A stretch of 32,000 bases of DNA from Candidatus Saccharimonadota bacterium. GTDB taxonomy: Archaea > Micrarchaeota > Micrarchaeia > Micrarchaeales > Micrarchaeaceae. A program made the translations under genes and the position numbers. The stretch covers positions 960,001 to 992,000 of the forward strand of contig OY970071.1 of the NCBI GenBank assembly GCA_963705375.1, given 5' to 3'. The notes under the pieces were generated by a model, which was not told the DNA's origin, did no database searches, and worked only from the letters and a program-made list of their open reading frames with translations. This document shows, piece by piece, positions 23,010 to 32,000 of this stretch. Each line of letters starts with the position of its first letter. Position 1 is the first letter of the stretch.

Positions 23010-23816
23010 ATGATAACCATGGAAGGCGCGTCTTACATCGGCGTGATAAGAGGTCTTAAACTCTCGAAGCGCATGGGCCAGACATTCCTTGTGAATTCCG
23101 GCATAGCAAAGCAAGAGGCTAGCCTCGCCGCTGGCCTGCGTGTCGTTGAGCTCGGGTCGGGTCTTGGAATACTTACAAAAGAACTGTGCGCCGTGGCAAG
23201 GAGCGTCCTTGCCGTGGAGATCGATGGCACGCTGTTCGAACATATTCAGCGCGACCTGCATTTCGACAACCTGAAGCTTGTTCACAAGGACTTCTTCAAG
23301 CTTGAAGACAAGGAAATTGCTGGGGCTGAGATGCTCGTGTCAAATGCGCCTTACAGCCTGTCGAGCAAGACTATCATGTGGGTGTGCGAGCATCGAATGC
23401 CTGCTGTGCTCTGCCTGCAGAAAGAATTCGTCGATCACATGCTGGCCAAGCCTGGCACGCGAGATTATTCTAGGCTCAGCGTGCTCGCTTCACTGCAGCT
23501 TGACACAGAGCGCATAATGGACGTTGGCGCAGGGAACTTCTACCCAAAACCGAAGGTCGACTCGTGCGTCATACGCATAAAGCCTGTAGGATCGGTACGC
23601 GACAGCACCGCCAAACTCATAGGCATTCTGATGTCGCACAAGAGAAGAACGGTAAAAAGCGCGATGCTCTCTTCCGCGAGGCAGCTGAGCATAAGCAAAG
23701 CCCGGGCACGCGAGCTGTCTGAGGGAATGGAACAAATGGACGAACGCGTGTTCAAACTAGCGCCCAGGGCTCTGCTCTCGATCGCAGAGCTGCTCGAGAA
23801 GATGCTCGTTACTTGA
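23010..23816 (+). CDS. ksgA: 16S rRNA (adenine-N6,N6)-dimethyltransferase KsgA/Dim1
   Basis: Features are KRMGQTFLV, SAM motif I (VVELGSGLGILT) and motif IV (NAPYSLSS). ATG 23010 or 23019 is preferred over the ORF-track TTG 22980. Confidence 0.85.
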   Translation: MITMEGASYIGVIRGLKLSKRMGQTFLVNSGIAKQEASLAAGLRVVELGSGLGILTKELCAVARSVLAVEIDGTLFEHIQRDLHFDNLKLVHKDFFKLEDKEIAGAEMLVSNAPYSLSSKTIMWVCEHRMPAVLCLQKEFVDHMLAKPGTRDYSRLSVLASLQLDTERIMDVGAGNFYPKPKVDSCVIRIKPVGSVRDSTAKLIGILMSHKRRTVKSAMLSSARQLSISKARARELSEGMEQMDERVFKLAPRALLSIAELLEKMLVT

Positions 23817-24477
23817 ATGCGTAAGTGGGCTCCTGCACTTCCTTCATTATCATCGCTCCCTTAACGCTCTTTCTGATTTGCTCCTCTGCGGCCTTTGAGC
23901 CGTCCTTGCCAAGCAGGTTCTTGTAGTGCATCGGCACGAAGAAACACGGCGATATCTCCTTCACTGCTTCTATCGCCTCAGAAACGTCCATGGTGAATGT
24001 GCCGCCTACCGGAAGCAGCGCAGCGTCTATGTCTTTAAGGTTCTTCATCTCCGGAACGAAGTCGGTATCTCCTGCATGGTATATCCGCATGCCGCCTATG
24101 CCCAGGACGTAGCCTACCCAGCCATTAATGCGCGGGTGGAATTGCAGTCTTTCGCTCTTCATGTTATACGCAGGCACTGCCTCTATTTCTAGGCTTCCGA
24201 TGCGCTCTCTAAATCCAGGTTTTGCAATCGTTATCCCGCCATAGTCTCCTGCATTCAGGCAGCCTTGCGCGGCTATCACTCTGGATTCGCTTTTCAAGAC
24301 CTTTTCTATGTCCTTCCTGCTGCAGTGGTCGAAGTGCGCATGGGTTATCAGCACCACGTCAGCGCGGTCTTTCAGACTGTCTGAAACGTTGAAAGGATCT
24401 ATGAACACAGTCATGCCTTCCGACTTGATGTAGAAGCTCGCATGGCCTATCCAGAACAGCGCATCCTTCAGATCCAT
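23809..24477 (-). CDS. Metallo-beta-lactamase-fold metal-dependent hydrolase (UPF0173-like)
   Basis: It has the HxHxDH motif (ITHAHFDHCS) and the beginning MDLKDALFWIGHASFYIK, typical of small archaeal MBL hydrolases. ATG 24477 is preferred; the ORF-track start at 24561 is a TTG extension. Confidence 0.8.
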   Translation of the reverse strand: MDLKDALFWIGHASFYIKSEGMTVFIDPFNVSDSLKDRADVVLITHAHFDHCSRKDIEKVLKSESRVIAAQGCLNAGDYGGITIAKPGFRERIGSLEIEAVPAYNMKSERLQFHPRINGWVGYVLGIGGMRIYHAGDTDFVPEMKNLKDIDAALLPVGGTFTMDVSEAIEAVKEISPCFFVPMHYKNLLGKDGSKAAEEQIRKSVKGAMIMKEVQEPTYAFK

Positions 24478-24570
24478 AGTACCACATACACTAAACGACA
24501 ACACAAAAGAAATAACTTTCTTATCTAGGTGCCAATGTCCTTTGCCATATGGAAATGCCAAAGGATAAAT

Positions 24571-27500
24571 ATGTTAAGTGCAAGCATATACCAAACTGTC
24601 AGTAGTGATTCGTTGCCACTGCTCGCGAACAAGAATGCTTTCGTATTAAAGCTGCTTCTGCTGTTCACTATTCTCTTTGTGTTAGTGTGCGCGTATGCAA
24701 GGGCTGACAGCACCACCACAACCACCGTTACCACCACCATACCCTGCAACCAGCAGAACTATCCTTCCGCTACTAGCCTTCCCATGGACACTGCAATTTC
24801 TGGCGCGTATGGAGGGTCGATGATTCAAAACCGCTACGTAGACGTGCCAGCATCTTACTCTACGAGTGGAGGCTCGATAACGGTCAGCGCATGGATCAAC
24901 GGTGCAAGTTGGCAAACCGGATCTGACAGAGGCAGTTACATAGCTGGCGACTATGGAAACAATTTTGCAGGTATCGAACTCTATGTCGACAATAATGGGC
25001 ATCCTGTTTTTAGAGTTGCGTCCACGTCTCCAGCGTCAAATGAATACACGGCAATCTCCACATCTAGCAGCATATCAACTAACGCGTGGCACTTTGTTGT
25101 GGGTGTGTATCCTGTTGGTACAGGCAATACTGTGCTGTATGTGGATGGGAGTAGTGTTGGAGCTGACACTGGAACTCATCTGGGAACCGCTACGACTGAC
25201 TTCTACATAGGCAAGGAAGGGTGGGCCAACTATGGCTACTTTAATGGCAGAATTGCAGATGTTCAAGTCTACAGATCTGCACTCTCATCAGACCAAGTGA
25301 CAGCTCTTTATAACGAGGGCAGTGGTGGTGCACCGCTAAACGGCCAAAGCAATGTGGGTTGGTGGCCTCTAATCAAAGACTACAACGACTACAGCGGCTA
25401 CGGCAACAATGGCGCTACACTTACGTCTTCACCTATTTCTACATTCTCCCAACAAGCCACTCCTGTTATAAGCTCTGTGCTAAGCGACAATCTAGGTCTA
25501 AGCAACTCTAATAGTGGTGCGGGGTGGCTAATAACGTGCCCCGCGACTCCCGATCCCACCAAAACACAAGAATATTTTTCAAGCTCGCGCTTTGTCCTGG
25601 GCAATGCCTGCCTTGCAGACCCATCACCACTGTCCGCCACCGCGACCATAAACGCCCCTTTTGTCTGCAACTCCATTTCTTTGGCAAACGCTACAGTACA
25701 TCTCTCAATCAATAACATCGGCAGAGGTGCAGTCTATAATCTTGGATATTCTGGAACTACGAATTACCCGGACAAGGGCCTTAGTGACATATCAAGCAGC
25801 TACGATTCTGCATCTTATATATTCGGCCAGGCTCCTTTCAGTCCTCAGTACGGCCTTTGGGCATGGACTGGAGAGTATGCCGATCTTTCAAGCTTTTTGC
25901 CTGTGTCGGTCTCTGTCCAAAATTCACTTGCGCTGACAGGGCCATCAAATTGCGGCAGTCCAGTAGTGTGCAACTATCCTTATACCTATAACGCATTTGT
26001 CTCTCTAAGCTATCTTCAGAATGCGAATGTACCTGTTCAGAGTGCGGTCAGCGGCGGAAACTATCTGGTCGCAAACGGGCAAGTGTACACAGGCTTACAA
26101 TCTTGGCAGGGTGCTGGTGATAATCTTTGCGCATGGAGGATGGCCCAGGCTGGGGGGCCAATTAATTCAGGAGGAGTCCCATCCTACGCAGCTCCTACTT
26201 GTGACTATACTCAGGTACAGAATATGAATAATGTCTGGATAATGTTGAACGGCCAGTATTATGATAGCGTAAGTGTGCTTGGCGGGAACGAAGGTCTTAC
26301 AGTGTACCGCCACTGCAATTACGACAGGAACTATGGTTGTATTGGGAGTGCCTGTATTCCTGATGAGATTGACTGCGATGTCGATAACGGCGATCCTAAC
26401 TTTTACATCATCACAGGGTACAGTAATGTTTATGCCACTGGCGGATACACGGCTATGGAAGTGAACTCAATGAATGTCATAAGTCAGTGGTTCACTGTAA
26501 ATGCGTTGCCGTATCTTCTTTACGACCTGAGCATGCCTGCCACATACAGCTCGCTGAACAATAACGAGCAATTTCTTAACCTGTCTTTTGATTTGTATAG
26601 CACGCAGAATTTCATGAGTCCGAAAGGCCGCCTGGGGGATCTTGCCTTATATACTGACTCTGGTTTCTTTGCAAAAGACACTTCTACCGGACAGCTCGAG
26701 TCTCTTTCTGGAGCGCTTACCACAACAAACATTAAAAATGCACTCGCATCGTCATTTGGGACTGCAGCGGAAGTTTTTTCAAGTTCTTTGACGAGTAATC
26801 CTCAGAACGCAGCAGGGGCGCAAGGCAAGACGCTTGGTGCTTACCTGCAATTTAAACTGACAGGTCCTGCGTACATATCCTCGGCTCCGGATGACAATAT
26901 ATACGTCCTCACCACTGCTTCGTCGAGTTCATTTAGTATTATAGCTAGTGCATCACAGTCATCATACTTGTATAAACTGCGTTACATACCTTCTGGCTAC
27001 TACAACCTCACCAGCTACAATCCTGGCAGTATCTCCTCAAATTCCCTTGATTGGAACACTTGGAACTCTATATGGAGATCTTTCTGGCAAAATAGCGGCT
27101 TGCAGCAGAATCCGGATCTGTACGTGACAGCAGCAACGGCCTTTACCACCGCGACTTGCTCCTCTTTTCTTGGAACTGGCTTGTTTGGTAGTTGCAGCGG
27201 TGGTGGTGCTGCTGTTATTCCTTTCGCAATGGGCTCCGATTACGCAGACGATGTCTTTGTCCTAGCCAAAAATGTGGTATCCAGTGGCAGCAACTGGAAC
27301 CCAAACGGGTTTGATTTGATAGAGATGCCTAGCAATTCTCAAGTTGCCATAACTGACAACAAGGCGCCCGAACCGAGCTCTAATAATAACTTCATGCCAG
27401 ATCCGGAATTCGCAGTCTCACCATCAGGTCAGTATGTTTATGTTGCTAGCCTTTCAGACAATTCTGTGTACCTCTACCGGAGCCCATCAGGCTCTCAGAA

Positions 27501-30500
27501 CCCATCAGGCAGCGGTGCCCAGAGTTCCGGCTTCGCTTATGCAGGAAAAATAAGCTTGTCTTATTCGAACACATCTTATGATCTTGACCTGGCGGGGTAC
27601 CTGAAGAATGGATGCCCATTTGGCAATACTCTAATCGCAAATACGTATTCGAGCGCACCGAAATGCGACCCTACCAGCGGGACAAATTGCGATACCGGCT
27701 CGAATCATCATCCGGTCGCAATAGCGAACTTACAGGGGATTGTGTATGTGCTCGACAACTGGACGTTTACTGTCAATTACAACAGTGGCGGAGCCCAGAT
27801 GCGATCTGCAATTCTTATGCTCAGAGCGTTCTATAATGGCACAGAGGTGTCCGTGGACGGATCCCCTAATAGTTATTCTGTGGTGATTCCTGGCAGCAGC
27901 CAACCCCCTTCAAACGGGAAGGGTGCACCATCCAATGGATTTCGCCCATACGGATGGCCCATGTCTGCAACAATAAGCATTCATGCTCCTTCGAATGGCG
28001 GTTCGTCCTCCGGGTCCAATCCACAGCCTTCAGAACTTATAACGTACTGCGCTTTCAACTGCACCTACACGCCAAGCACTCTGACTGCCTCATATGAGCC
28101 GATAGGTCCACAGATAAGAAACGATGGCTATGCCAATGGCTTCGGCTTCTCCACAGACTATAATGGCACTGCATACATTATAGCGCGGCCGAATGATATG
28201 TTCGATGATTCGTACAATAATGGTCTTACATTATCATCCCAGACTTATGTAGGTTACCCGACATATGGTGGCGTATCAAAACACATGTACACAGAACTGG
28301 CCTCGTTTAAGATATCGCTGGCCAACTATACACACATATCGCTGGGTGCCGACGAGCCTTATGTGTGCTACGTGGACACATATCCAGATACAAACAATGG
28401 CATACAGTACCCAAGCACGCCATGCGTACTGGCCTACGGCAGCAGCGTGCTTACTAATATGGGTCCTCCTGTGCTTGGAGTGCCCAGTGCGTTCTATTAT
28501 GTTGCTGGTGAGGGTACACCTGCGCAATACTTGTCGCTGCAGAGCAGTGTTTCGGCTGGGATGCCCTCTGGAGCTAGCAACTATAACTCTCAAGCTAAAA
28601 CTGAGGCGAGCACGGGCCAAGTTCCGGAGGGTAACAATGCCTTCGTTACTCCTAATTCTCTAGACCTCGCCCCTCCCTCTAGCACCGCATCTGTTCCTAC
28701 TGTGCTTCCTGCCGTGTATATCAACAGCGTGATAACCGGCAACCTGCTTGTGCCATACTGTGCCGAGTATGCTTTGACACAGAAATGGATATTTGGTACT
28801 CCGTTCGTAAGTTCGACGGACGGTTCTACCCCTTCAGCATCTTGCTCGTGCGGTTCTCCCCCCAGCTACACCAATCCTGGTTTGGGCATCTCTTGGCCAA
28901 CGGATTATTCGTCATGGTCTACAAAAGGCACAGTGTCCAACACCATAACAACTGATATCTGCACAACAGCAAAAGTTCCGATGAAGAGCAACTATGTTAA
29001 CGAAACCATAGAAGGCGGCGCAACATACATGCAGCTGACTCCAAGCCTGAAATATTATGATGGGAATCTTTCCGATGCAAGTTCGATAGAGCTGCCCTAT
29101 CTTAACTACAACCTCTTCTCAAGCAGAATCTTCGGAGAAGCGTACGTCAACCTTACCGTGAACCCGTCGAACTATCACTTTTATGATAGTTCAGCGTGCC
29201 CTGGCGGATACGTGTTGGCGAGCATAGAGCAAACCGATTATTGTGTGCAGATTGGGGTTTTTTCGTGTCCGGATGCAAATGTTATTCATACTCCGTATGG
29301 TCCCCATTTATGTGGGTATCAATACACTTCTGGGATCTCTTTCCTTCCGATAGTGGTGAACGCCGTGCAAGCTTACGATTACCAGTATGGGAGCCTGGTT
29401 CAGGAAGTGCCAGGCGTTGGAACTTTCTACGGATATGAGTTCCAGCAGGCCATTCCTTCAAACCCTGCCAATCCTCCAACCAACGTTCTGCTTGGCACTA
29501 ATTGCGGGTCATCGTGCCCGGCCAACTACTATTACACATATACTGATGCAGTCCCCGCGTCACTCTTCGACGGTTCTACGAGTTACATATCAACATCACA
29601 CTCTTATTCTCAACAGGGCGAACCTATCACCATTAGTGCCTGGATTTACAGTACGAACTGGGCTAGCGGTTCGGACAGGGGCAGGTACATAGCTGGCGAC
29701 TATGGTGGCAATTATAAAGGAGCCGAATTTTATGTTAATACAGCAGGACATCTAAACTTTGGGGTAGCTTCAGACTCTCCACAAGGAGAATATACAATAA
29801 CTTCATCCACGCCCCTCTCCACTAACACATGGTATTTTGTCACAGGAACATTTGACGGGACTACTGTGCGCTTATACATAAATGGCGCATCTGCAGCAAC
29901 TCCTATTTCCGGACATCTGGCGACCGCTACGACTGGTTTCTATATGGGCAGGGCTGAGTGGGTCAACGCTGCTTACTTTTCGGGCTACATCACGAATGTC
30001 CAGGTCTATGGCACCGCACTTTCGGATGCCAATGTGCTTTCTCTTTTCAACGAAGGCAACGGCGGCGCACCTCTAAGCAATGCAGACACTTTGGGTTATT
30101 GGCCGCTGGGCACCTCGCCTTATGACTACAGCGGCAGCGGTAATGATGGCGTGGCCTATGGCGTTTCATATTCGAATGCGTACGCAAGCGGAAGCCTGAT
30201 GAACTATGCTGCTGCAACATATCCATATTTCGTATCGATAGGGTCGGTATACGCGCAGACATCACAGCTTGACACTATGATACTCGATCAAACCAGCAAT
30301 CCGAGCGTGCTTGGTTACAACCGCCTGATATACACTTTTGTTGATACTTTCAACAACATAATATACGCCCCTTTTGATACGGACTTTGCTTATCCGACCC
30401 AGATAACTCTCGATCCTTCCGTCTCTATAAGCGATATCAATGCAAATGAGAGCATCGTCTCTTTGACTGGCACTGTCACATACACCACGCTGAGCGGAGC

Positions 30501-31335
30501 GATCGCGCCTCTCGCAAATAACGACATATATCTGTATTACAACCTGAATATGAACTATTATGATCCTACAAACTCGCCATCGGGTGGTCCCACAACTCAA
30601 AGCACTGCCGCCAGCAATTATTATGCGCATTCTCTTCTTTGCGCCTTCAATCCTCCAAGTACTACTGGCTGCCAGCTTGCCAACCCCCTTTATACTGTGG
30701 TGCAGGGCAGCCCTTCAGGAAACCCTCTATTGGATGTGGGTGCCGTTGAGTACAATCCAGAGTATAACGGCCTATCTCAAACAGCTACCTCTCCGTTACA
30801 GTGCAATCCTATGCCGTCGAGCCTGCTCGCGGTGTCGAACATAGTGTACAACTGCAACTTGAATGGCGTTGGAATGAGCGCCATGGCTTACAATACCCAA
30901 GTCAACAACTACCGATACTGCCTGCCCTACACATTGGACGGCAACGGTCTGCTCACTTCGCAAATGGGGCTCATTGCGAAAGTGACCACTGACACCAATG
31001 GCAACTTCAACTACCAGTTCACTGCATGCGGCAACGGCAACAATCAGGTATTTGCGAACTATTACGGCTGGCCGCCTCCTCAGCCGCTCACCATTGTACA
31101 ACCACCAATCCCTCAAAGTAGCGGTGTTAACGAGCGTTCCCCGTCTTACCAAACAATTCCATCAAACGAATTCACATACATAGTCGCGCCTGATCAGGTG
31201 ACCGCGGGGATAACAATAGGCGCATTCGCGCTCAGTATGTTCAACCTTGATTGGTTTGCGATAATGTCACTGGCCGCGATAGTGGTATTTATTATTGCAT
31301 TTCAACGCAAGAAGATCATGAAAACCTCTTTATGA
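24571..31335 (+). CDS. Giant (about 2250 aa) cell-surface protein: Sec-type signal, poly-Thr stalk, two LamG modules, propeller-like middle region and C-terminal TM anchor
   Basis: It is a single uninterrupted ORF. The start is uncertain: GTG 24529, ATG 24571 or TTG 24613. The signal is ...KLLLLFTILFVLVCAYA|RADS followed by TTTTTVTTT. The LamG modules lie at about 24817-25413 and 29566-30150. YVTN-like strands are present, such as AVSPSGQYVYVASLSDNSVYLY at 27406-27480. The C-terminus ITIGAFALSMFNLDWFAIMSLAAIVVFIIAFQRKKIMK (31204-31335) forms the anchor. I count at least 13 N-x-S/T sequons and few charged residues. Confidence 0.85.
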   Translation: MLSASIYQTVSSDSLPLLANKNAFVLKLLLLFTILFVLVCAYARADSTTTTTVTTTIPCNQQNYPSATSLPMDTAISGAYGGSMIQNRYVDVPASYSTSGGSITVSAWINGASWQTGSDRGSYIAGDYGNNFAGIELYVDNNGHPVFRVASTSPASNEYTAISTSSSISTNAWHFVVGVYPVGTGNTVLYVDGSSVGADTGTHLGTATTDFYIGKEGWANYGYFNGRIADVQVYRSALSSDQVTALYNEGSGGAPLNGQSNVGWWPLIKDYNDYSGYGNNGATLTSSPISTFSQQATPVISSVLSDNLGLSNSNSGAGWLITCPATPDPTKTQEYFSSSRFVLGNACLADPSPLSATATINAPFVCNSISLANATVHLSINNIGRGAVYNLGYSGTTNYPDKGLSDISSSYDSASYIFGQAPFSPQYGLWAWTGEYADLSSFLPVSVSVQNSLALTGPSNCGSPVVCNYPYTYNAFVSLSYLQNANVPVQSAVSGGNYLVANGQVYTGLQSWQGAGDNLCAWRMAQAGGPINSGGVPSYAAPTCDYTQVQNMNNVWIMLNGQYYDSVSVLGGNEGLTVYRHCNYDRNYGCIGSACIPDEIDCDVDNGDPNFYIITGYSNVYATGGYTAMEVNSMNVISQWFTVNALPYLLYDLSMPATYSSLNNNEQFLNLSFDLYSTQNFMSPKGRLGDLALYTDSGFFAKDTSTGQLESLSGALTTTNIKNALASSFGTAAEVFSSSLTSNPQNAAGAQGKTLGAYLQFKLTGPAYISSAPDDNIYVLTTASSSSFSIIASASQSSYLYKLRYIPSGYYNLTSYNPGSISSNSLDWNTWNSIWRSFWQNSGLQQNPDLYVTAATAFTTATCSSFLGTGLFGSCSGGGAAVIPFAMGSDYADDVFVLAKNVVSSGSNWNPNGFDLIEMPSNSQVAITDNKAPEPSSNNNFMPDPEFAVSPSGQYVYVASLSDNSVYLYRSPSGSQNPSGSGAQSSGFAYAGKISLSYSNTSYDLDLAGYLKNGCPFGNTLIANTYSSAPKCDPTSGTNCDTGSNHHPVAIANLQGIVYVLDNWTFTVNYNSGGAQMRSAILMLRAFYNGTEVSVDGSPNSYSVVIPGSSQPPSNGKGAPSNGFRPYGWPMSATISIHAPSNGGSSSGSNPQPSELITYCAFNCTYTPSTLTASYEPIGPQIRNDGYANGFGFSTDYNGTAYIIARPNDMFDDSYNNGLTLSSQTYVGYPTYGGVSKHMYTELASFKISLANYTHISLGADEPYVCYVDTYPDTNNGIQYPSTPCVLAYGSSVLTNMGPPVLGVPSAFYYVAGEGTPAQYLSLQSSVSAGMPSGASNYNSQAKTEASTGQVPEGNNAFVTPNSLDLAPPSSTASVPTVLPAVYINSVITGNLLVPYCAEYALTQKWIFGTPFVSSTDGSTPSASCSCGSPPSYTNPGLGISWPTDYSSWSTKGTVSNTITTDICTTAKVPMKSNYVNETIEGGATYMQLTPSLKYYDGNLSDASSIELPYLNYNLFSSRIFGEAYVNLTVNPSNYHFYDSSACPGGYVLASIEQTDYCVQIGVFSCPDANVIHTPYGPHLCGYQYTSGISFLPIVVNAVQAYDYQYGSLVQEVPGVGTFYGYEFQQAIPSNPANPPTNVLLGTNCGSSCPANYYYTYTDAVPASLFDGSTSYISTSHSYSQQGEPITISAWIYSTNWASGSDRGRYIAGDYGGNYKGAEFYVNTAGHLNFGVASDSPQGEYTITSSTPLSTNTWYFVTGTFDGTTVRLYINGASAATPISGHLATATTGFYMGRAEWVNAAYFSGYITNVQVYGTALSDANVLSLFNEGNGGAPLSNADTLGYWPLGTSPYDYSGSGNDGVAYGVSYSNAYASGSLMNYAAATYPYFVSIGSVYAQTSQLDTMILDQTSNPSVLGYNRLIYTFVDTFNNIIYAPFDTDFAYPTQITLDPSVSISDINANESIVSLTGTVTYTTLSGAIAPLANNDIYLYYNLNMNYYDPTNSPSGGPTTQSTAASNYYAHSLLCAFNPPSTTGCQLANPLYTVVQGSPSGNPLLDVGAVEYNPEYNGLSQTATSPLQCNPMPSSLLAVSNIVYNCNLNGVGMSAMAYNTQVNNYRYCLPYTLDGNGLLTSQMGLIAKVTTDTNGNFNYQFTACGNGNNQVFANYYGWPPPQPLTIVQPPIPQSSGVNERSPSYQTIPSNEFTYIVAPDQVTAGITIGAFALSMFNLDWFAIMSLAAIVVFIIAFQRKKIMKTSL
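24817..25413 (+). repeat. LamG module copy 1 of an intragenic duplication (includes the junction motif)
   Basis: The sequence ...ITVSAWINGASWQTGSDRGSYIAGDYGNNFAGIELYV...ADVQVYRSALSSDQVTALYNEGSGGAP...GWWPL...DYSGYGNNG aligns end to end with the copy at 29566-30150. The two copies share an identical 20-nt core, TACATAGCTGGCGACTATGG (24937-24956 and 29686-29705). Confidence 0.8.
29566..30150 (+). repeat. LamG module copy 2 of an intragenic duplication (includes the junction motif)
   Basis: The sequence ...ITISAWIYSTNWASGSDRGRYIAGDYGGNYKGAEFYV...TNVQVYGTALSDANVLSLFNEGNGGAP...GYWPL...DYSGSGNDG aligns with copy 1. Confidence 0.8.
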
Positions 31336-32000
31336 TCTCGTTGCCGACGTCCTCTCCCGCGACCACTTCGGGCATCACTAACTTGTACACGCCTGCAACC
31401 GTGAGCTTTGGTATGCTGGCTTCGCTGCTAACCTTCGCTATGACTCCTATGTGCGGGTTCGCCGTCTTTGCGGTTATGGCTATCATCGCGTTCTGCATGT
31501 CGTTATCGCTGCACGCGACCACGAAGCTCGCCCTGTCTATGCCTACGCTCTCATAGGCGTCTGCATACCTTATGTCTCCCAGAAGCGCGAGCTCCTTCTT
31601 GTCGTGAAGCCTGGCAAGCACATTCCTGTCTGAAGTTATGGTCACTGCATTCATGCCTTTCTTCTGCAGCTCATCCATGAGTACTCTCGCGAAGCCATTG
31701 AACGGAACGACTATCACATGGCCTTTGAGGTTGCGTATTTTTGAGAGTGCTATCTTCTCGCTCACGCGCACGTTGCTCATGAAACTATAGAACCACGCGG
31801 CAAACACGACAGTCAAAAGCGCAAACACAAAGACATTGAGTATGTCTGCGACAACGAGCAGGCTATTGTTGAGCATATCCTGCGGTATCAACAGGTAATT
31901 GACCTGCAGCGCTTCGAGCACACTCTGCGCGACAGCTATCTTGAAAGGAACGTGTGCAATCAGCATTAGGCAGTTGGCCGCTACGAAAAGCACCAGTGCG
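31316..32000 (-). CDS. Membrane protein with a C-terminal RCK/TrkA-N-like domain, 5' partial (frame open to the window edge)
   Basis: The C-terminal Rossmann-like block is GHVIVVPFNGFARVLMDELQKKGMNAVTITSD...LLGDIRYADAYESVGIDRASFVVACSDNDMQNAMIAITAK...VIAKV, preceded by TM helices. No TVGYG selectivity filter is visible in the part inside the window. Its 3' end overlaps the giant gene's 3' end by 20 nt (convergent). Confidence 0.55.
   Translation of the reverse strand, partial: ALVLFVAANCLMLIAHVPFKIAVAQSVLEALQVNYLLIPQDMLNNSLLVVADILNVFVFALLTVVFAAWFYSFMSNVRVSEKIALSKIRNLKGHVIVVPFNGFARVLMDELQKKGMNAVTITSDRNVLARLHDKKELALLGDIRYADAYESVGIDRASFVVACSDNDMQNAMIAITAKTANPHIGVIAKVSSEASIPKLTVAGVYKLVMPEVVAGEDVGNEIIKRFS

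Noticed and set aside
22941-23285. N-terminal 115 codons of the 198-aa minus-strand ORF.
   Set aside because: This part overlaps the ksgA coding region and its promoter. Only the C-terminal 83 aa (from ATG 22940) show a recognisable fold pattern.
24478-24570. Mutually overlapping N-terminal extensions of the MBL hydrolase (TTG 24561) and the giant gene (GTG 24529).
   Set aside because: Both use non-ATG starts and would leave no promoter space. MDLKDALFWIGHA (ATG 24477) matches the usual MBL N-terminus, and the giant protein's signal peptide begins downstream.
24613-24700. Class III (prepilin-like) signal for the giant protein.
   Set aside because: The h-region is short (about 16 aa) and is followed by an AYA|RA site typical of signal peptidase I. 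No (K/R)G junction precedes the hydrophobic core. It is interpreted as a Sec-type signal.
1-32000. CRISPR arrays, IS elements or transposases, rRNA genes, toxin-antitoxin or known defence genes.
   Set aside because: None was recognised on either strand. The only repeats are the protein-level LamG modules and motifs.

Overview
The window looks like an archaeal chromosomal fragment. Evidence: an archaeal-type SAM synthetase, archaeal-type AspRS and TyrRS, an intron-containing tRNA with a bulge-helix-bulge-like fold, A/T-rich TATA elements about 25-35 nt upstream of start codons (several genes look leaderless), and FlaI/FlaJ-family genes. I can support about 23 protein-coding genes and one tRNA. 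I recognised no rRNA, CRISPR array, transposase or integrase. The content falls into two groups. (1) Housekeeping genes: tyrS, mat, a cimA/leuA-family synthase, aspS, an APC permease, ksgA, an MBL-fold hydrolase, tRNA-Thr and an RCK-domain membrane protein. (2) A cell-surface theme, which is the most interesting part. A tightly coupled minus-strand operon (10049 to 4538) encodes a wHTH plus coiled-coil protein, a FlaI/PilB-family ATPase broken by a frameshift at its domain boundary, a 222-aa orphan, and two separate single-domain T2SSF platform proteins, an Epd/Tad-like arrangement. Converging on this operon are two large LamG (concanavalin-fold) proteins. One has an N-terminus resembling a class III (prepilin-like) signal and a DUF2341-like module. 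A third paralogous gene (about 24.5-31.3 kb) encodes a protein of about 2250 aa with an N-terminal Sec-type signal, duplicated LamG modules, a propeller-like middle and a C-terminal membrane anchor. All three share a recurring ...IQVY..L...Q...LY.EG..GAP......GWWPLdGnaNDYSGnGNnG junction motif, with six copies in total. The window contains no small pilin, prepilin peptidase or archaellum accessory gene. I therefore infer an uncharacterised adhesion or host-contact filament system that presents lectin-fold proteins. This is an inference, not a demonstrated function. The surface proteins are poor in charged residues and rich in N-x-S/T sequons, which fits an acidophilic, possibly small-genome (DPANN-like) archaeon, but that guess cannot be tested without database searches. 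All family assignments come from motif recognition by eye; no HMM or BLAST search was run.
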